IMG/VR virus record: IMGVR_UViG_3300007734_000758
DNA: 64,000 bases
Reading direction: 5' to 3' (one strand)
DNA from: a virus
Shown: in pieces, positions 19,179-28,074 of the stretch
How the letters are laid out: each line of letters starts with the position of its first letter
Numbering within the stretch: position 1 is the stretch's first letter
Made by a program: the position numbers and the translations under genes
The notes under the pieces: model-generated
What the model was told of the DNA's origin: nothing
The model's input: only the letters and a program-made list of their open reading frames with translations
Database searches by the model: none

Positions 19179-20693
19179 TTAACGATTAAAAAGTACATAT
19201 TTTAGGTTGCCACAATCCCATACCCGATCAAATTTCATACTCAACATATTCTCCCACTCGGTCTTCGATTTATCACCTCCCAATTTATTGACAATCCTGC
19301 CTTTCGTGAAATTAAATCTATGATACCTGTGTATGCCTTTAATATACCAGTAATTAGGATCCGATATCGACTCCAACTTAAACCCATTCTTTTCATATAT
19401 GTTATCAGTGACTGATGTCCAGCGCCTATCTGCATATGATATAATACTAGATGGATTGTACTTCGCTACAACGAATTTTATCATTTTATCGAACATGCCC
19501 GGCGTGGAGGTATTTAATTCTACCGCATATCTGACAATCTCTAAAGTATTCGTTAAACCTTTATTGGAACCTAACGATTTTCTAGGATTAGATAACGACA
19601 TAACTGAAACCAACGCACCATCATAAAACGCCCCTATATGTATTTTTGCTGATATACTGCCTTGAATATGATTTGCATTTAAAAAATCCTTTACTTGATT
19701 GTGTGCTATTTCCTGGAGTGTACATTTTCTAGTGTGAACGGTTCTTCTATCTAATTTATTAACCTGGTTCAAAATCTTTTTTTCTACAATCTCACGTTTA
19801 GATAACCACTCATCTTGGAATATGTGTATTAGTTTGATACCATTAGCTTCGGCAATTTCTGTTTTATTTAAATGGTACTTTTTCGTTTTACCTCCATGAT
19901 ATTCAGAGTGCCAGTACAACCCATTATATTCAATAGCTAGATCAAAATCCGGCAAAAATATATCAAATTCTACGCCCAAATTTCTATAAGGCGCTATTAC
20001 TCGAATATCATGTTCTTTTATGAAATCAATTAGTTGAAGTTCTTCTTTTGATTGATAACAGTACTTCCTCGATATATTTAATTTTGAAGTGATTGAACTA
20101 TGTAAATCATGTAAACGGTCACTTAATATCGGCGCATTTGGAAAACGCCGCTTGTAATCACTTATACTGATACCGTGAATTGATTTCATATGAGTGTTTG
20201 ATATCTTATGGAAATCATCACCGCACAGTAAACACTTTACAGACGATTCTATGACTTTTTTGTCGAAGTATCTATTCCATAAACCAGAATAGGTTGGGTA
20301 CTTATCGATAAATGATTCAGGTGTGTACCCATGTGAATGTATATGTATCGTAAAACATCCACTCTTATTCATAAGATCTTTGGTTTTCCATTCACATTCC
20401 GGACAACCTATATATTCACACTGCTGTCTATCGATAACATCATAATGATTTGAGATAGAAGTAAACTGTATATTGTGTTTTGATTCAATATGTATCCGTA
20501 AGTGACCAGATACATTATATACATCATTACTAATATGATCACATAATTTACACTTTATCTGCTTATCGGTTTGTTTTTTCTTTTTTGTACAGCGGCTAGT
20601 ATTGTATTCAGTATCTGAAAACTTACAAGCGTTAGAACAGTATATTCGTTTAACATTATCGAAAACATTCTCGCACATCTTACATTTTTTCAT
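19179..20693 (-). CDS. Free-standing Hef-like (PD-(D/E)XK) homing endonuclease with multiple Zn fingers
   Basis: Several CxxC/HxxxH units; SKEE...DIFLPD..AIEYNGLYWHSE...IHIFQDEW; C-terminal SYADRRW, RVWDCG. Confidence 0.8.
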   Translation of the reverse strand: MKKCKMCENVFDNVKRIYCSNACKFSDTEYNTSRCTKKKKQTDKQIKCKLCDHISNDVYNVSGHLRIHIESKHNIQFTSISNHYDVIDRQQCEYIGCPECEWKTKDLMNKSGCFTIHIHSHGYTPESFIDKYPTYSGLWNRYFDKKVIESSVKCLLCGDDFHKISNTHMKSIHGISISDYKRRFPNAPILSDRLHDLHSSITSKLNISRKYCYQSKEELQLIDFIKEHDIRVIAPYRNLGVEFDIFLPDFDLAIEYNGLYWHSEYHGGKTKKYHLNKTEIAEANGIKLIHIFQDEWLSKREIVEKKILNQVNKLDRRTVHTRKCTLQEIAHNQVKDFLNANHIQGSISAKIHIGAFYDGALVSVMSLSNPRKSLGSNKGLTNTLEIVRYAVELNTSTPGMFDKMIKFVVAKYNPSSIISYADRRWTSVTDNIYEKNGFKLESISDPNYWYIKGIHRYHRFNFTKGRIVNKLGGDKSKTEWENMLSMKFDRVWDCGNLKYVLFNR

Positions 20694-20762
20694 CTTTACT
20701 CCGTATATTAGGATCTAATATAATAATAAATATACGAACAAACAAGAAAACATACAGGTTGT

Positions 20763-20791
20763 AAAAAAAGGCGCCTTACGGGGCGCCTTTT
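20763..20791 (-). terminator. Rho-independent terminator after the major capsid gene
   Basis: AAAAGGCGCC-CCGTAA-GGCGCCTTTTTTT. Confidence 0.88.
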
Positions 20792-20809
20792 ATATTGTAT
20801 ATGCTAAGA

Positions 20810-22498
20810 TTAGATAGTATTTAAACCTTTTACATATATTTTTCCGTAGAATTCCGGACGAACTACTTTTTTCGCATAACGAGTCATTACCCCTTTACGC
20901 GGTGTGAAGTTCGTAGGATCATAAACAAGTGGTGTCATGATCAATGGAATATACGGACTGTAAACAGCACCTGTCTCAAGGAACTGAGAACCACGATATC
21001 CTAACAGGATCAGGTTTTCAGTCATATAAGGATTCTTATATACTTGGAAGCGGCTGTTTAACTGGCCGATCTTCTGAACACCCATAGCAAACTGCATTTT
21101 GTTGCCATCGGTATCGGCAGCGTATCCAGGAATAGATTCGAGGATCGTTGCAACGGTAGGAGATACTACTACGAAGTTAGCACCACCACGCATTGTCAAC
21201 TGATGAATCTTGTTACTTACCTTCTGGATTTTGGTACCAAGAGTTTGGAACCATCCACCCTGGGTATTGTAGAATCCACCAGTGGTTGCAGACTGCTGAG
21301 TGAATGCTGAACCATCCCAAATTTCGTTGTTAACCGCTGACCAATATTCTGTGGTCTGTGCGTTGTTAACTAACATATCCAGGATCTCTAAATCGATCTC
21401 GTGAGAGATATATTCAGATAACATTGAAGTCAATTCTGCTTCAGCGTCGATTGCATGGTATGCATTCAAGTCTTGAGCAAATTCAGGAGTCCAAACTGCC
21501 TTTAATTTACGTGTCTTAGCAACGATTGCCTCAGAACGTAATTCAAGGTTGATTTCCGGAATACTTAAATCCTGACCAACTGCAGAAGATCCTTGAGTCT
21601 TACCATCTTCAAAATCACCACGAGTGATATTTGTAGGTTGCTTCTGGTAATATACCTTAGCGGATGCCAATCCATCATTGGCTGCAGAAGCAGATACGAG
21701 GAAGGTAATCGTACCAGCAGCTTTGTTATACTTCGTGAATTCAGGATAGAAAGTGTTAACAGTGCTACCAGAGATAGCAAAACCACGAACGCCATTGAAG
21801 TCAGCGTTAGCGAGTGATGCAGTAGCTACTGTTACTTTCACAATTGAACCAGCAATAATGCTAGCACCAACGCTAGAAGAGAATTCAGTATTGTAGTTAT
21901 AATCTGCATTGGCAGCACCTGTAGCTACGTCAGCTACGGTAAACGTAGTAGAGTTAAGAGTCGAACCGGAGCTTAACAGAGAAGAGGTAACAGCGTTGAT
22001 TGAATAACCAAAACGGCCTGCACCATAAAGACCCTGTGTTCCTGCGGTTCCAGGATTGATGCTAGTACCATTACCACCAGCATCAGTGATACCAAATACT
22101 GAATCAGCCTGAGAAGTACGACCTTGACCAGTTAAGAATCCGAAAGGACCATCCTGGTTAGTGCCGTATTTGAAATCCAGGAAGAATACCAGTCCTGAAG
22201 GCATTGACATAGGCTGTACAGAAACGAAATCTTTTGCCGCAATTTCTGCGAATACACGGCGAACAAGTGGAAGGGCAATACCGTTCCATTCTTCTGAACC
22301 TGCAGAAGTACCAGTTTGGTTAGCCTCGGTAACCAACTGCTTGGCTTGGTTCTCTAACAGAACCGCCATACCGGTCTTTTCGTAGTCCTTTGCAAGACCT
22401 TCGAGAAGACCTGTTTTTTGCCATTTGTCTACTAATGCTTTAGACTTAGCCTGTAAAGCACTGTATTCACTATTTGGCAATAATTGAGATACATTCAT
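20810..22498 (-). CDS. Major capsid protein (T4 gp23-like)
   Basis: VLLENQ, LPLVRRV, VSVQPM..PSGL.FF, AKTRKLKAVWTPEFAQDL.AYH..DAEAEL, YSPYIPL, GVMTRYA. Confidence 0.95.
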   Translation of the reverse strand: MNVSQLLPNSEYSALQAKSKALVDKWQKTGLLEGLAKDYEKTGMAVLLENQAKQLVTEANQTGTSAGSEEWNGIALPLVRRVFAEIAAKDFVSVQPMSMPSGLVFFLDFKYGTNQDGPFGFLTGQGRTSQADSVFGITDAGGNGTSINPGTAGTQGLYGAGRFGYSINAVTSSLLSSGSTLNSTTFTVADVATGAANADYNYNTEFSSSVGASIIAGSIVKVTVATASLANADFNGVRGFAISGSTVNTFYPEFTKYNKAAGTITFLVSASAANDGLASAKVYYQKQPTNITRGDFEDGKTQGSSAVGQDLSIPEINLELRSEAIVAKTRKLKAVWTPEFAQDLNAYHAIDAEAELTSMLSEYISHEIDLEILDMLVNNAQTTEYWSAVNNEIWDGSAFTQQSATTGGFYNTQGGWFQTLGTKIQKVSNKIHQLTMRGGANFVVVSPTVATILESIPGYAADTDGNKMQFAMGVQKIGQLNSRFQVYKNPYMTENLILLGYRGSQFLETGAVYSPYIPLIMTPLVYDPTNFTPRKGVMTRYAKKVVRPEFYGKIYVKGLNTI

Positions 22499-22522
22499 CT
22501 TTTTTTCCTTTTTTTAGATGTT

Positions 22523-23380
22523 TTAAATTAAACCAGCTAAATACTTCATACGATTAGCTAATTCATTGCCTTCGCTTAAGATTTCTTTGCTAGGTGCAGT
22601 TGAACGGCTAGGTTTAGATGCAGCTGATTCTTTAATTGTTTTCTTTGTTGTTTTCGACTTAAATGCTTCACTTAAGGTAGCGTATACTAATTTAACTTCA
22701 CGGATCGTGTTTGCACGGTCAAAGTTTTCAATTACGCGTAATTTTTGTGCTTCACTTAAATCGTAATTTTTAAATAACTTGTTGCTAAATAACAATTTAG
22801 CATTAAGCATGTTCACTTCGTTGATCTGGCTACGAAGGAATTCGATAGTGCGATAGGCTTCTTCTAATTCGTCTTCTTTTTCCTCTTCTTCCTCAACAGT
22901 CTGCTCGGCTTTTTCTTCTTTCATTTCTTCTTCGCCTTCTTCTTCAGACAGTGATTGGATGAGTTCTTCTAGATCGACTTCTTCGCCCTCTTCGCCTTCT
23001 TCCATTTCGTCTTCCATCTCAGCTTCTTTCATTTCTTCAGAATCTTCACCTTCTAATTCACGAATAATAGACTCAAGATCTAAATCTTCGTCTTCTTCTT
23101 CTTCGTACTCTTCTTCCGGTGTTTCATCTTCGAAATCCATTTCAGCTTCAACGTCTTCCATATCATCCTCTTCAGCTTCTTTAGTCATTTCAGGCTCTGT
23201 TAATTCTTCTTCTTCCTTAACAGATTCTTCTTCTTCTTCCATTTCTTCAGAAAGCTTAGCGGATAACATGCTTTGTAACCTAGGGGCAAATGCCTCCTCT
23301 AATGCTAACTTAGCATTCGCTAATGCAGATTCACGTACGGCTTTCGCATCAGCAATTGCTTCTTTTAACAAATCTCTCAT
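22523..23380 (-). CDS. Prohead core / scaffolding protein
   Basis: Highly acidic, many LxE sites, directly upstream of the capsid gene, ends RMKYLAGL. Confidence 0.8.
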   Translation of the reverse strand: MRDLLKEAIADAKAVRESALANAKLALEEAFAPRLQSMLSAKLSEEMEEEEESVKEEEELTEPEMTKEAEEDDMEDVEAEMDFEDETPEEEYEEEEDEDLDLESIIRELEGEDSEEMKEAEMEDEMEEGEEGEEVDLEELIQSLSEEEGEEEMKEEKAEQTVEEEEEKEDELEEAYRTIEFLRSQINEVNMLNAKLLFSNKLFKNYDLSEAQKLRVIENFDRANTIREVKLVYATLSEAFKSKTTKKTIKESAASKPSRSTAPSKEILSEGNELANRMKYLAGLI

Positions 23381-23501
23381 GATTTATCCTTTAATTTAAT
23401 TTCAGGAAATAAGATTATTGGAAATCTTAATGGTGGGTAGTTATAATGTAATTGCGTATTAGGCACGCAATATAATTCTATAATATATATGTACGTACAT
23501 G

Positions 23502-23542
23502 AAAAAACATCCAAAATTCTTAAAAAAGTTTCTTGGATGTTT
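23502..23542 (-). terminator. Possible terminator after rpsU
   Basis: AAACATCCAA / TTGGATGTTT 10-bp stem with U-run; long loop. Confidence 0.5.
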
Positions 23543-23567
23543 CAATCTTTAATTTAACTGATCTGCT

Positions 23568-23783
23568 TTACCGGAACTGCTCCCGATAAATAGCGTTTAA
23601 AATTTGGCGCCTACGACGTACTGACGGTTTTTCATATTCCTGTAGTTCGTGTAATCTTTCGATGTTCTTTGATCGTTTTAAGTCTTGTTTCCAAATTTTG
23701 ATAGCAGTGTTGATGTCATTGTTAATTACTCGTGCTCCCGTCCCTACTATCATAGACGCCAAGTGTTTTTTGTTTAATCCCAT
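23568..23783 (-). CDS. rpsU: Phage-encoded 30S ribosomal protein bS21 (71 aa; ATG at 23783)
   Basis: V.NNDINTAIKIWK...K....E..EYEKPSVRRRRQ...AIY; located in the head cluster as in described bS21 phages. Confidence 0.85.
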   Translation of the reverse strand: MGLNKKHLASMIVGTGARVINNDINTAIKIWKQDLKRSKNIERLHELQEYEKPSVRRRRQILNAIYREQFR

Positions 23784-23829
23784 GTTGTTTTGTTTTTGTT
23801 TATAACTGTTTGTATTTAAATAACCTGTA

Positions 23830-24075
23830 TTATTCTTCTCCCGCAACCATATCAGCAACAGCAGCTTCATAAACCCCTAACATATCTACCAATGCATTTG
23901 CCTGCTGATTGGTCATTGAACCTGCAGATATCATATTCTTAAGAAATGTATTTATCTGTCCCTTTACCTGTTTAACGGCAGCAGTATCTGAACCGGCTAT
24001 CGGTACACGTACTGCTTCGGACATTACTTTACCGATTTCTTCTCGGATGATTGATTGTAATTCTGAACGTTTCAT
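23830..24075 (-). CDS. Small putative internal head protein
   Basis: N-terminus MKRSELQSIIREEIGKVMSE. Confidence 0.7.
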   Translation of the reverse strand: MKRSELQSIIREEIGKVMSEAVRVPIAGSDTAAVKQVKGQINTFLKNMISAGSMTNQQANALVDMLGVYEAAVADMVAGEE

Positions 24076-24467
24076 TTTAATGATTCGCCTACCTTATAGT
24101 ACTTACTTAATACTTGACCCATATCATCATATGCGGCCTCTAAACGTTGCTGCAATCCTGACATTTCAGTTGCGGTCTTTTCAAATATCTTATATGCTTC
24201 TTTTAACTGCTTCATGTGACGAGATACTGTAACATTGTCAAACCAATGCTCAGATTCTTGAAGCGTTAAATGTTCAGCAATCTCAATAATATTGCTAATT
24301 TCCCGTAACATTTCATTTACATTTTTAGCAGTATAGATCGAGTCTCCATAATTATGGAAATTAGCTACTGCCTCCATGAATTGACGCTTCTCTTCAGAAG
24401 TGAATTTTTTAGGTTCTTCCTTCTCTCCGAGGTATTTTTCATTAATCAATGATTTTAAATTTGCCAT
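24072..24467 (-). CDS. Hypothetical helical protein of the head cluster
   Basis: MANLKSLINE N-terminus; coiled-coil; ATGA-coupled. Confidence 0.7.
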   Translation of the reverse strand: MANLKSLINEKYLGEKEEPKKFTSEEKRQFMEAVANFHNYGDSIYTAKNVNEMLREISNIIEIAEHLTLQESEHWFDNVTVSRHMKQLKEAYKIFEKTATEMSGLQQRLEAAYDDMGQVLSKYYKVGESLK

Positions 24468-24488
24468 ACGATTTCTTTTATATAATTA

Positions 24489-24728
24489 TCAATACTTTGC
24501 GCCGATACGTTTAAGAATAGCCGAATGAGTCTTAAGCATTTCTTCTAATGACTTTTTTACTCCCATTACATCCGCACTTGCGGTTATAGATTTAGATAGA
24601 TTATTTATATCACGTACAATACGAGCATAATTCTTAACCGGATCTGGTTTACTAGATGAAAACATATCTTCACTCATTACTTTATCTACTTCTTCTCGGA
24701 TAATATTTCTTAATTCTGATGCTTTCAT
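24489..24728 (-). CDS. Small putative internal head protein
   Basis: N-terminus MKASELRNIIREEVDKVMSE; ATATTTATAGTAT immediately before the ATG. Confidence 0.7.
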   Translation of the reverse strand: MKASELRNIIREEVDKVMSEDMFSSSKPDPVKNYARIVRDINNLSKSITASADVMGVKKSLEEMLKTHSAILKRIGAKY

Positions 24729-24757
24729 ATACTATAAATATCTATTAATTTTACTTA

Positions 24758-25549
24758 TTACTTAAATTCGGGATATGTACGTTTCATGTTATCCAGGATA
24801 AACTTAGCACACACATCATCTCCCTCTTTTGTAGTATCTAAGTGGATTGATGTTTGGCGTTGCTTCATCCAGGCAAATTTAAAAGCAAAACCATCACTAC
24901 GTACAGTTTCACCATCTGTCCAAAGATATCCGCATGAATCATTTACCCAAACGTTATTAAGGCGACTATTGTTTGCAATACAGTCTTCTACTAAGAATTT
25001 ATTTGACCAACCATTATGATATCCGGATGGGGTTACAAATTTAGTATCAGCCACTTTGTATTCACACAGGCGAGAAAATAATTCTACATGCTTCAGGTTC
25101 GGACATTTTCCTTTTGACTGAGAAACAAAATCTTTCATCTTGTTTTTCAATGCAATTGCTGATGCTGGGAAAGCATTGCTTCCGTCACGCAAATCATCGT
25201 GACACATAATAATACCTTGAACATCTGCATAGGTATAACCATTAGCAGAAAGAGTTGAGGTTACATTCTTCCAACCCGCACCATCAGGCATCAACCAATC
25301 ATTTATGTCTTGTGCACCGACACAACAGTTGAGGATATCAACATCTACAAGTGCATTGCCTAATTTTTCTAACTGCGTTGATATTTGGCCCGGAGTACTT
25401 GCTCCGATACAAATAAATACAATCTTCTTATTTCCTACCTTACTTAGTATAGGTCGCTTTGACAAATGATCTGGGGTAGATCCTAATTTAACAGGATAGC
25501 CGTTATATACGGCTGATGTGTTATTAATTAATGGAGTATAAGTTGGCAT
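24758..25549 (-). CDS. Possible SGNH/GDSL-like hydrolase
   Basis: FICIGAS (block I-like), NCCVGA (block II-like), C-terminal IHL...G; AAAGGA upstream. Confidence 0.4.
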   Translation of the reverse strand: MPTYTPLINNTSAVYNGYPVKLGSTPDHLSKRPILSKVGNKKIVFICIGASTPGQISTQLEKLGNALVDVDILNCCVGAQDINDWLMPDGAGWKNVTSTLSANGYTYADVQGIIMCHDDLRDGSNAFPASAIALKNKMKDFVSQSKGKCPNLKHVELFSRLCEYKVADTKFVTPSGYHNGWSNKFLVEDCIANNSRLNNVWVNDSCGYLWTDGETVRSDGFAFKFAWMKQRQTSIHLDTTKEGDDVCAKFILDNMKRTYPEFK

Positions 25550-25569
25550 ATTGTTCCTTTTTTTATTTA

Positions 25570-25785
25570 TTAACCAGCTAACGGATCTTCTGTCGGAACA
25601 GGTCCGGCATCATATCCATATAAACTAAGCCTTGTCTGTAATTGTACGGGGTCAGCGAACGCATCTTCTGTAGTAATATTACTATATAGACTTGTACGCG
25701 TTTGTAATTCAGGATTAGCAAATACATCCTCTACGGGTCCTGCCGGATCCGGTGCATAAATTGATACCATATCTACTAGTGCCAT
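25570..25785 (-). CDS. Small acidic protein with an internal tandem repeat
   Basis: EDVFANP-ELQTRTSLY / EDAFADPVQLQTRLSLY; GAGGA upstream. Confidence 0.6.
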   Translation of the reverse strand: MALVDMVSIYAPDPAGPVEDVFANPELQTRTSLYSNITTEDAFADPVQLQTRLSLYGYDAGPVPTEDPLAG

Positions 25786-25797
25786 AAATTCCTCGGT

Positions 25798-26412
25798 TTA
25801 AACGTTACCTAATATATCTGTTACGATATTGTTAATTCGCTGAATCTGATCAAATTTAGGATTTGCGTTGATTGATTCCTGAATCTTTGATGGCGACAGA
25901 AATGCACCATGAGTCGATGGATTAGATACAAAATCAAACGCAATTAATTCGAAGTCCGGTTGAACTTCAACAGCTCCCGTTTCACGTAATTCTTTTACTG
26001 AACCCAATCCACGTGAACTGATTCCTAAACGAATACCTGCCTTAAACAATTCCTTAAGGATATTACCTGCAGGTGTGGACAACACTTCAACTGTTCCTAC
26101 TAAATCATCGCCATCCCAATGCATCTCTAACACATTGTGTGATACGTTACTTAAATTTACCACACTAGAATCCGGATGATCTAATTCTCCCAATGCACGA
26201 CGTTCACCAATAAATGTTTTAGCATATTTGGTGGCTTCACGCATTAAGATTTCTTTAGGGTAGATTCTACCGTTATGATTCTTAGCATTAGCACGCTGCA
26301 ATACGCCAGATACAACTAATCGGCCATTATTGCGTTCCATAGACTCATTAATCTGTCTAGGGGATACTTCAAATAACGTATAATCTACTAATAATTGCTT
26401 GTCCATGATCAT
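25798..26412 (-). CDS. Prohead maturation protease (T4 gp21-like)
   Basis: N.NGRIYP, ALGELDHP, VSH, LSTPAG, GISSRGLGS, FDFVSNPS. Confidence 0.92.
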   Translation of the reverse strand: MIMDKQLLVDYTLFEVSPRQINESMERNNGRLVVSGVLQRANAKNHNGRIYPKEILMREATKYAKTFIGERRALGELDHPDSSVVNLSNVSHNVLEMHWDGDDLVGTVEVLSTPAGNILKELFKAGIRLGISSRGLGSVKELRETGAVEVQPDFELIAFDFVSNPSTHGAFLSPSKIQESINANPKFDQIQRINNIVTDILGNV

Positions 26413-26573
26413 ATATATTTTTTATTGTTAAAGTATTGGCTATTCACATACTCCATATACCTACGCCATTTATCCTGTTCAATAGCATATAATCGTTTCT
26501 GCTCGTTAATAGGCAGTTTACTATTCTTCGGATCTTTACTAAATTCTTGCCAGGTACGTGAACGTGGTATCAT
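26409..26573 (-). CDS. Small 54-aa protein missed by the ORF track
   Basis: MIPRSRTWQEFSKDPKNSKLPINEQKRLYAIEQDKWRRYMEYVNSQYFNNKKYI; ATGA overlaps with both neighbours. Confidence 0.65.
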   Translation of the reverse strand: MIPRSRTWQEFSKDPKNSKLPINEQKRLYAIEQDKWRRYMEYVNSQYFNNKKYI

Positions 26574-27205
26574 TGTCCCAACTCCTTCATCTTGTTTGAA
26601 ATACGGATTAACCTTTCAGATATTTTAGAAAAGTTTTTCTTTGAACGTTTCCAATAAGAGTTAGATTTAAAACCGGTTTCATTCTTTAATTTGTAATTAC
26701 GATCTAATATCGTTTCAACCTCACCCAATAATTTATTTATTTGGTTGATTGATTTATTTATTTTCTGTTCGTTGGTAGCAGTGTCGTCTTTTTTATAATC
26801 ACGATAACTAATCTCGTTTAATTGACGCATCATCTTCTTATATGTGCTTTCCATCGGTTTGAAGTATTTTTTTGTTTTCGGTACTTTCTTAAATCCCATC
26901 ATTTCAATACGGTCATCAGGAATTTTACCAAAAGCATACGGAGTCAAATAACCTTCAACTCCACCAGTAGTACTCGCTTCATCCATTAATGGCTCATAAC
27001 CCTGGCCCTTCATGATATCTACGAGATATTCCCAATAGGCTTCAGGTACGATATAGTACCCATCCTCATCCATATCAATATATGCTTGAGCATCAGAACG
27101 CATTAAAAATAATTCACCTTCCGGATCGTTAACGATGAAAGGTATCATATTTTCATTGGTTTGCTTCTTAGGAAAATCACGTTTCATAATCAATGATATA
27201 CTCAT
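26570..27205 (-). CDS. Hypothetical head-cluster protein
   Basis: EASTTGGVEGYLTPYAF motif, coiled-coil C-terminus; coupled to neighbours. Confidence 0.65.
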   Translation of the reverse strand: MSISLIMKRDFPKKQTNENMIPFIVNDPEGELFLMRSDAQAYIDMDEDGYYIVPEAYWEYLVDIMKGQGYEPLMDEASTTGGVEGYLTPYAFGKIPDDRIEMMGFKKVPKTKKYFKPMESTYKKMMRQLNEISYRDYKKDDTATNEQKINKSINQINKLLGEVETILDRNYKLKNETGFKSNSYWKRSKKNFSKISERLIRISNKMKELGQ

Positions 27206-28038
27206 AGTCTACTTAATTCATTAGCCAATTCATAAAATTTCAACATCGTAAATACATGCTTCTCTTGAACCTTTTTACTGTGTTCAATGTTTTCTAACAA
27301 ATCTAAAATTCCTTGTACTTTAATTTTAGTGGCTTTGTCTGAAAGCTTTTTAGAATTGGTTTCTATAGATTTGCGCAATGAAGCAGCATTCTTTCCTACA
27401 AATTCTTTTAATTGAACTGTATCTTCGACACCATTTACATATATACGAAGTAATTCTTTCTGTTCAGGTAATAGGTTATTGTATTTTTCGTTGAATTTGT
27501 CTACTAACAATTTATAAGATAATAGACGAACATCACGGTCTAATTTGCTAAAGTCATCCTTTACTTCAACAAGTTCCTGTTTCGGTGTACAAATGAATTC
27601 AACTAATTTAGATTTAGACCTAACCATATCAGCAGGATTATCTAAATCCGTATATTCGAAAAGTTTGTAAATAGCAGCTAACACTGCGTAATTTTGAATC
27701 TTCGCATTGAAGAAAGATTCCATCACATACTTAGCATTGATATCACGAATGAGTTTAAACTTCTCCTTACGTAAGTTAGTTTCATTTAACGTTTTACGTG
27801 ATGCAATGATTGTTTGAATATAATCTTTTGCTGTGGATTCAGTCTTAAACTTCTCTTCAAGTATTCCTTTATACAGTACCAATTCCTTATTCAATTCAGT
27901 ACCTTCCCTAAAGTACTTCTTAATTAATCCAACGGAAGGACTAGTCTTGGAATTCATAATATCCGAAGCTACCTGTCTAACAAGTAATTCGAATAGAATA
28001 CCTGTGTTTTTGAATTTAGAATGCTTTAATGGTTTCAT
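27202..28038 (-). CDS. Hypothetical protein between portal and protease (head assembly)
   Basis: KHSKFKNTGILFELLVRQ N-terminus; late motif upstream. Confidence 0.7.
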   Translation of the reverse strand: MKPLKHSKFKNTGILFELLVRQVASDIMNSKTSPSVGLIKKYFREGTELNKELVLYKGILEEKFKTESTAKDYIQTIIASRKTLNETNLRKEKFKLIRDINAKYVMESFFNAKIQNYAVLAAIYKLFEYTDLDNPADMVRSKSKLVEFICTPKQELVEVKDDFSKLDRDVRLLSYKLLVDKFNEKYNNLLPEQKELLRIYVNGVEDTVQLKEFVGKNAASLRKSIETNSKKLSDKATKIKVQGILDLLENIEHSKKVQEKHVFTMLKFYELANELSRL

Positions 28039-28074
28039 ATAGTTTCTTTCATATATAAATATGTAGATATTAAA

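Noticed and set aside
20694-23567. tRNA or other stable RNA genes in the larger spacers
   Set aside because: No cloverleaf or T-loop signature was recognised by eye; tRNAscan-SE/Infernal would be needed to exclude them formally.
23784-23870. Longer 100-aa start for bS21 given in the ORF track
   Set aside because: It overlaps the upstream gene and is low-complexity; ATG 23783 after an A-rich leader gives a normal bS21 length.
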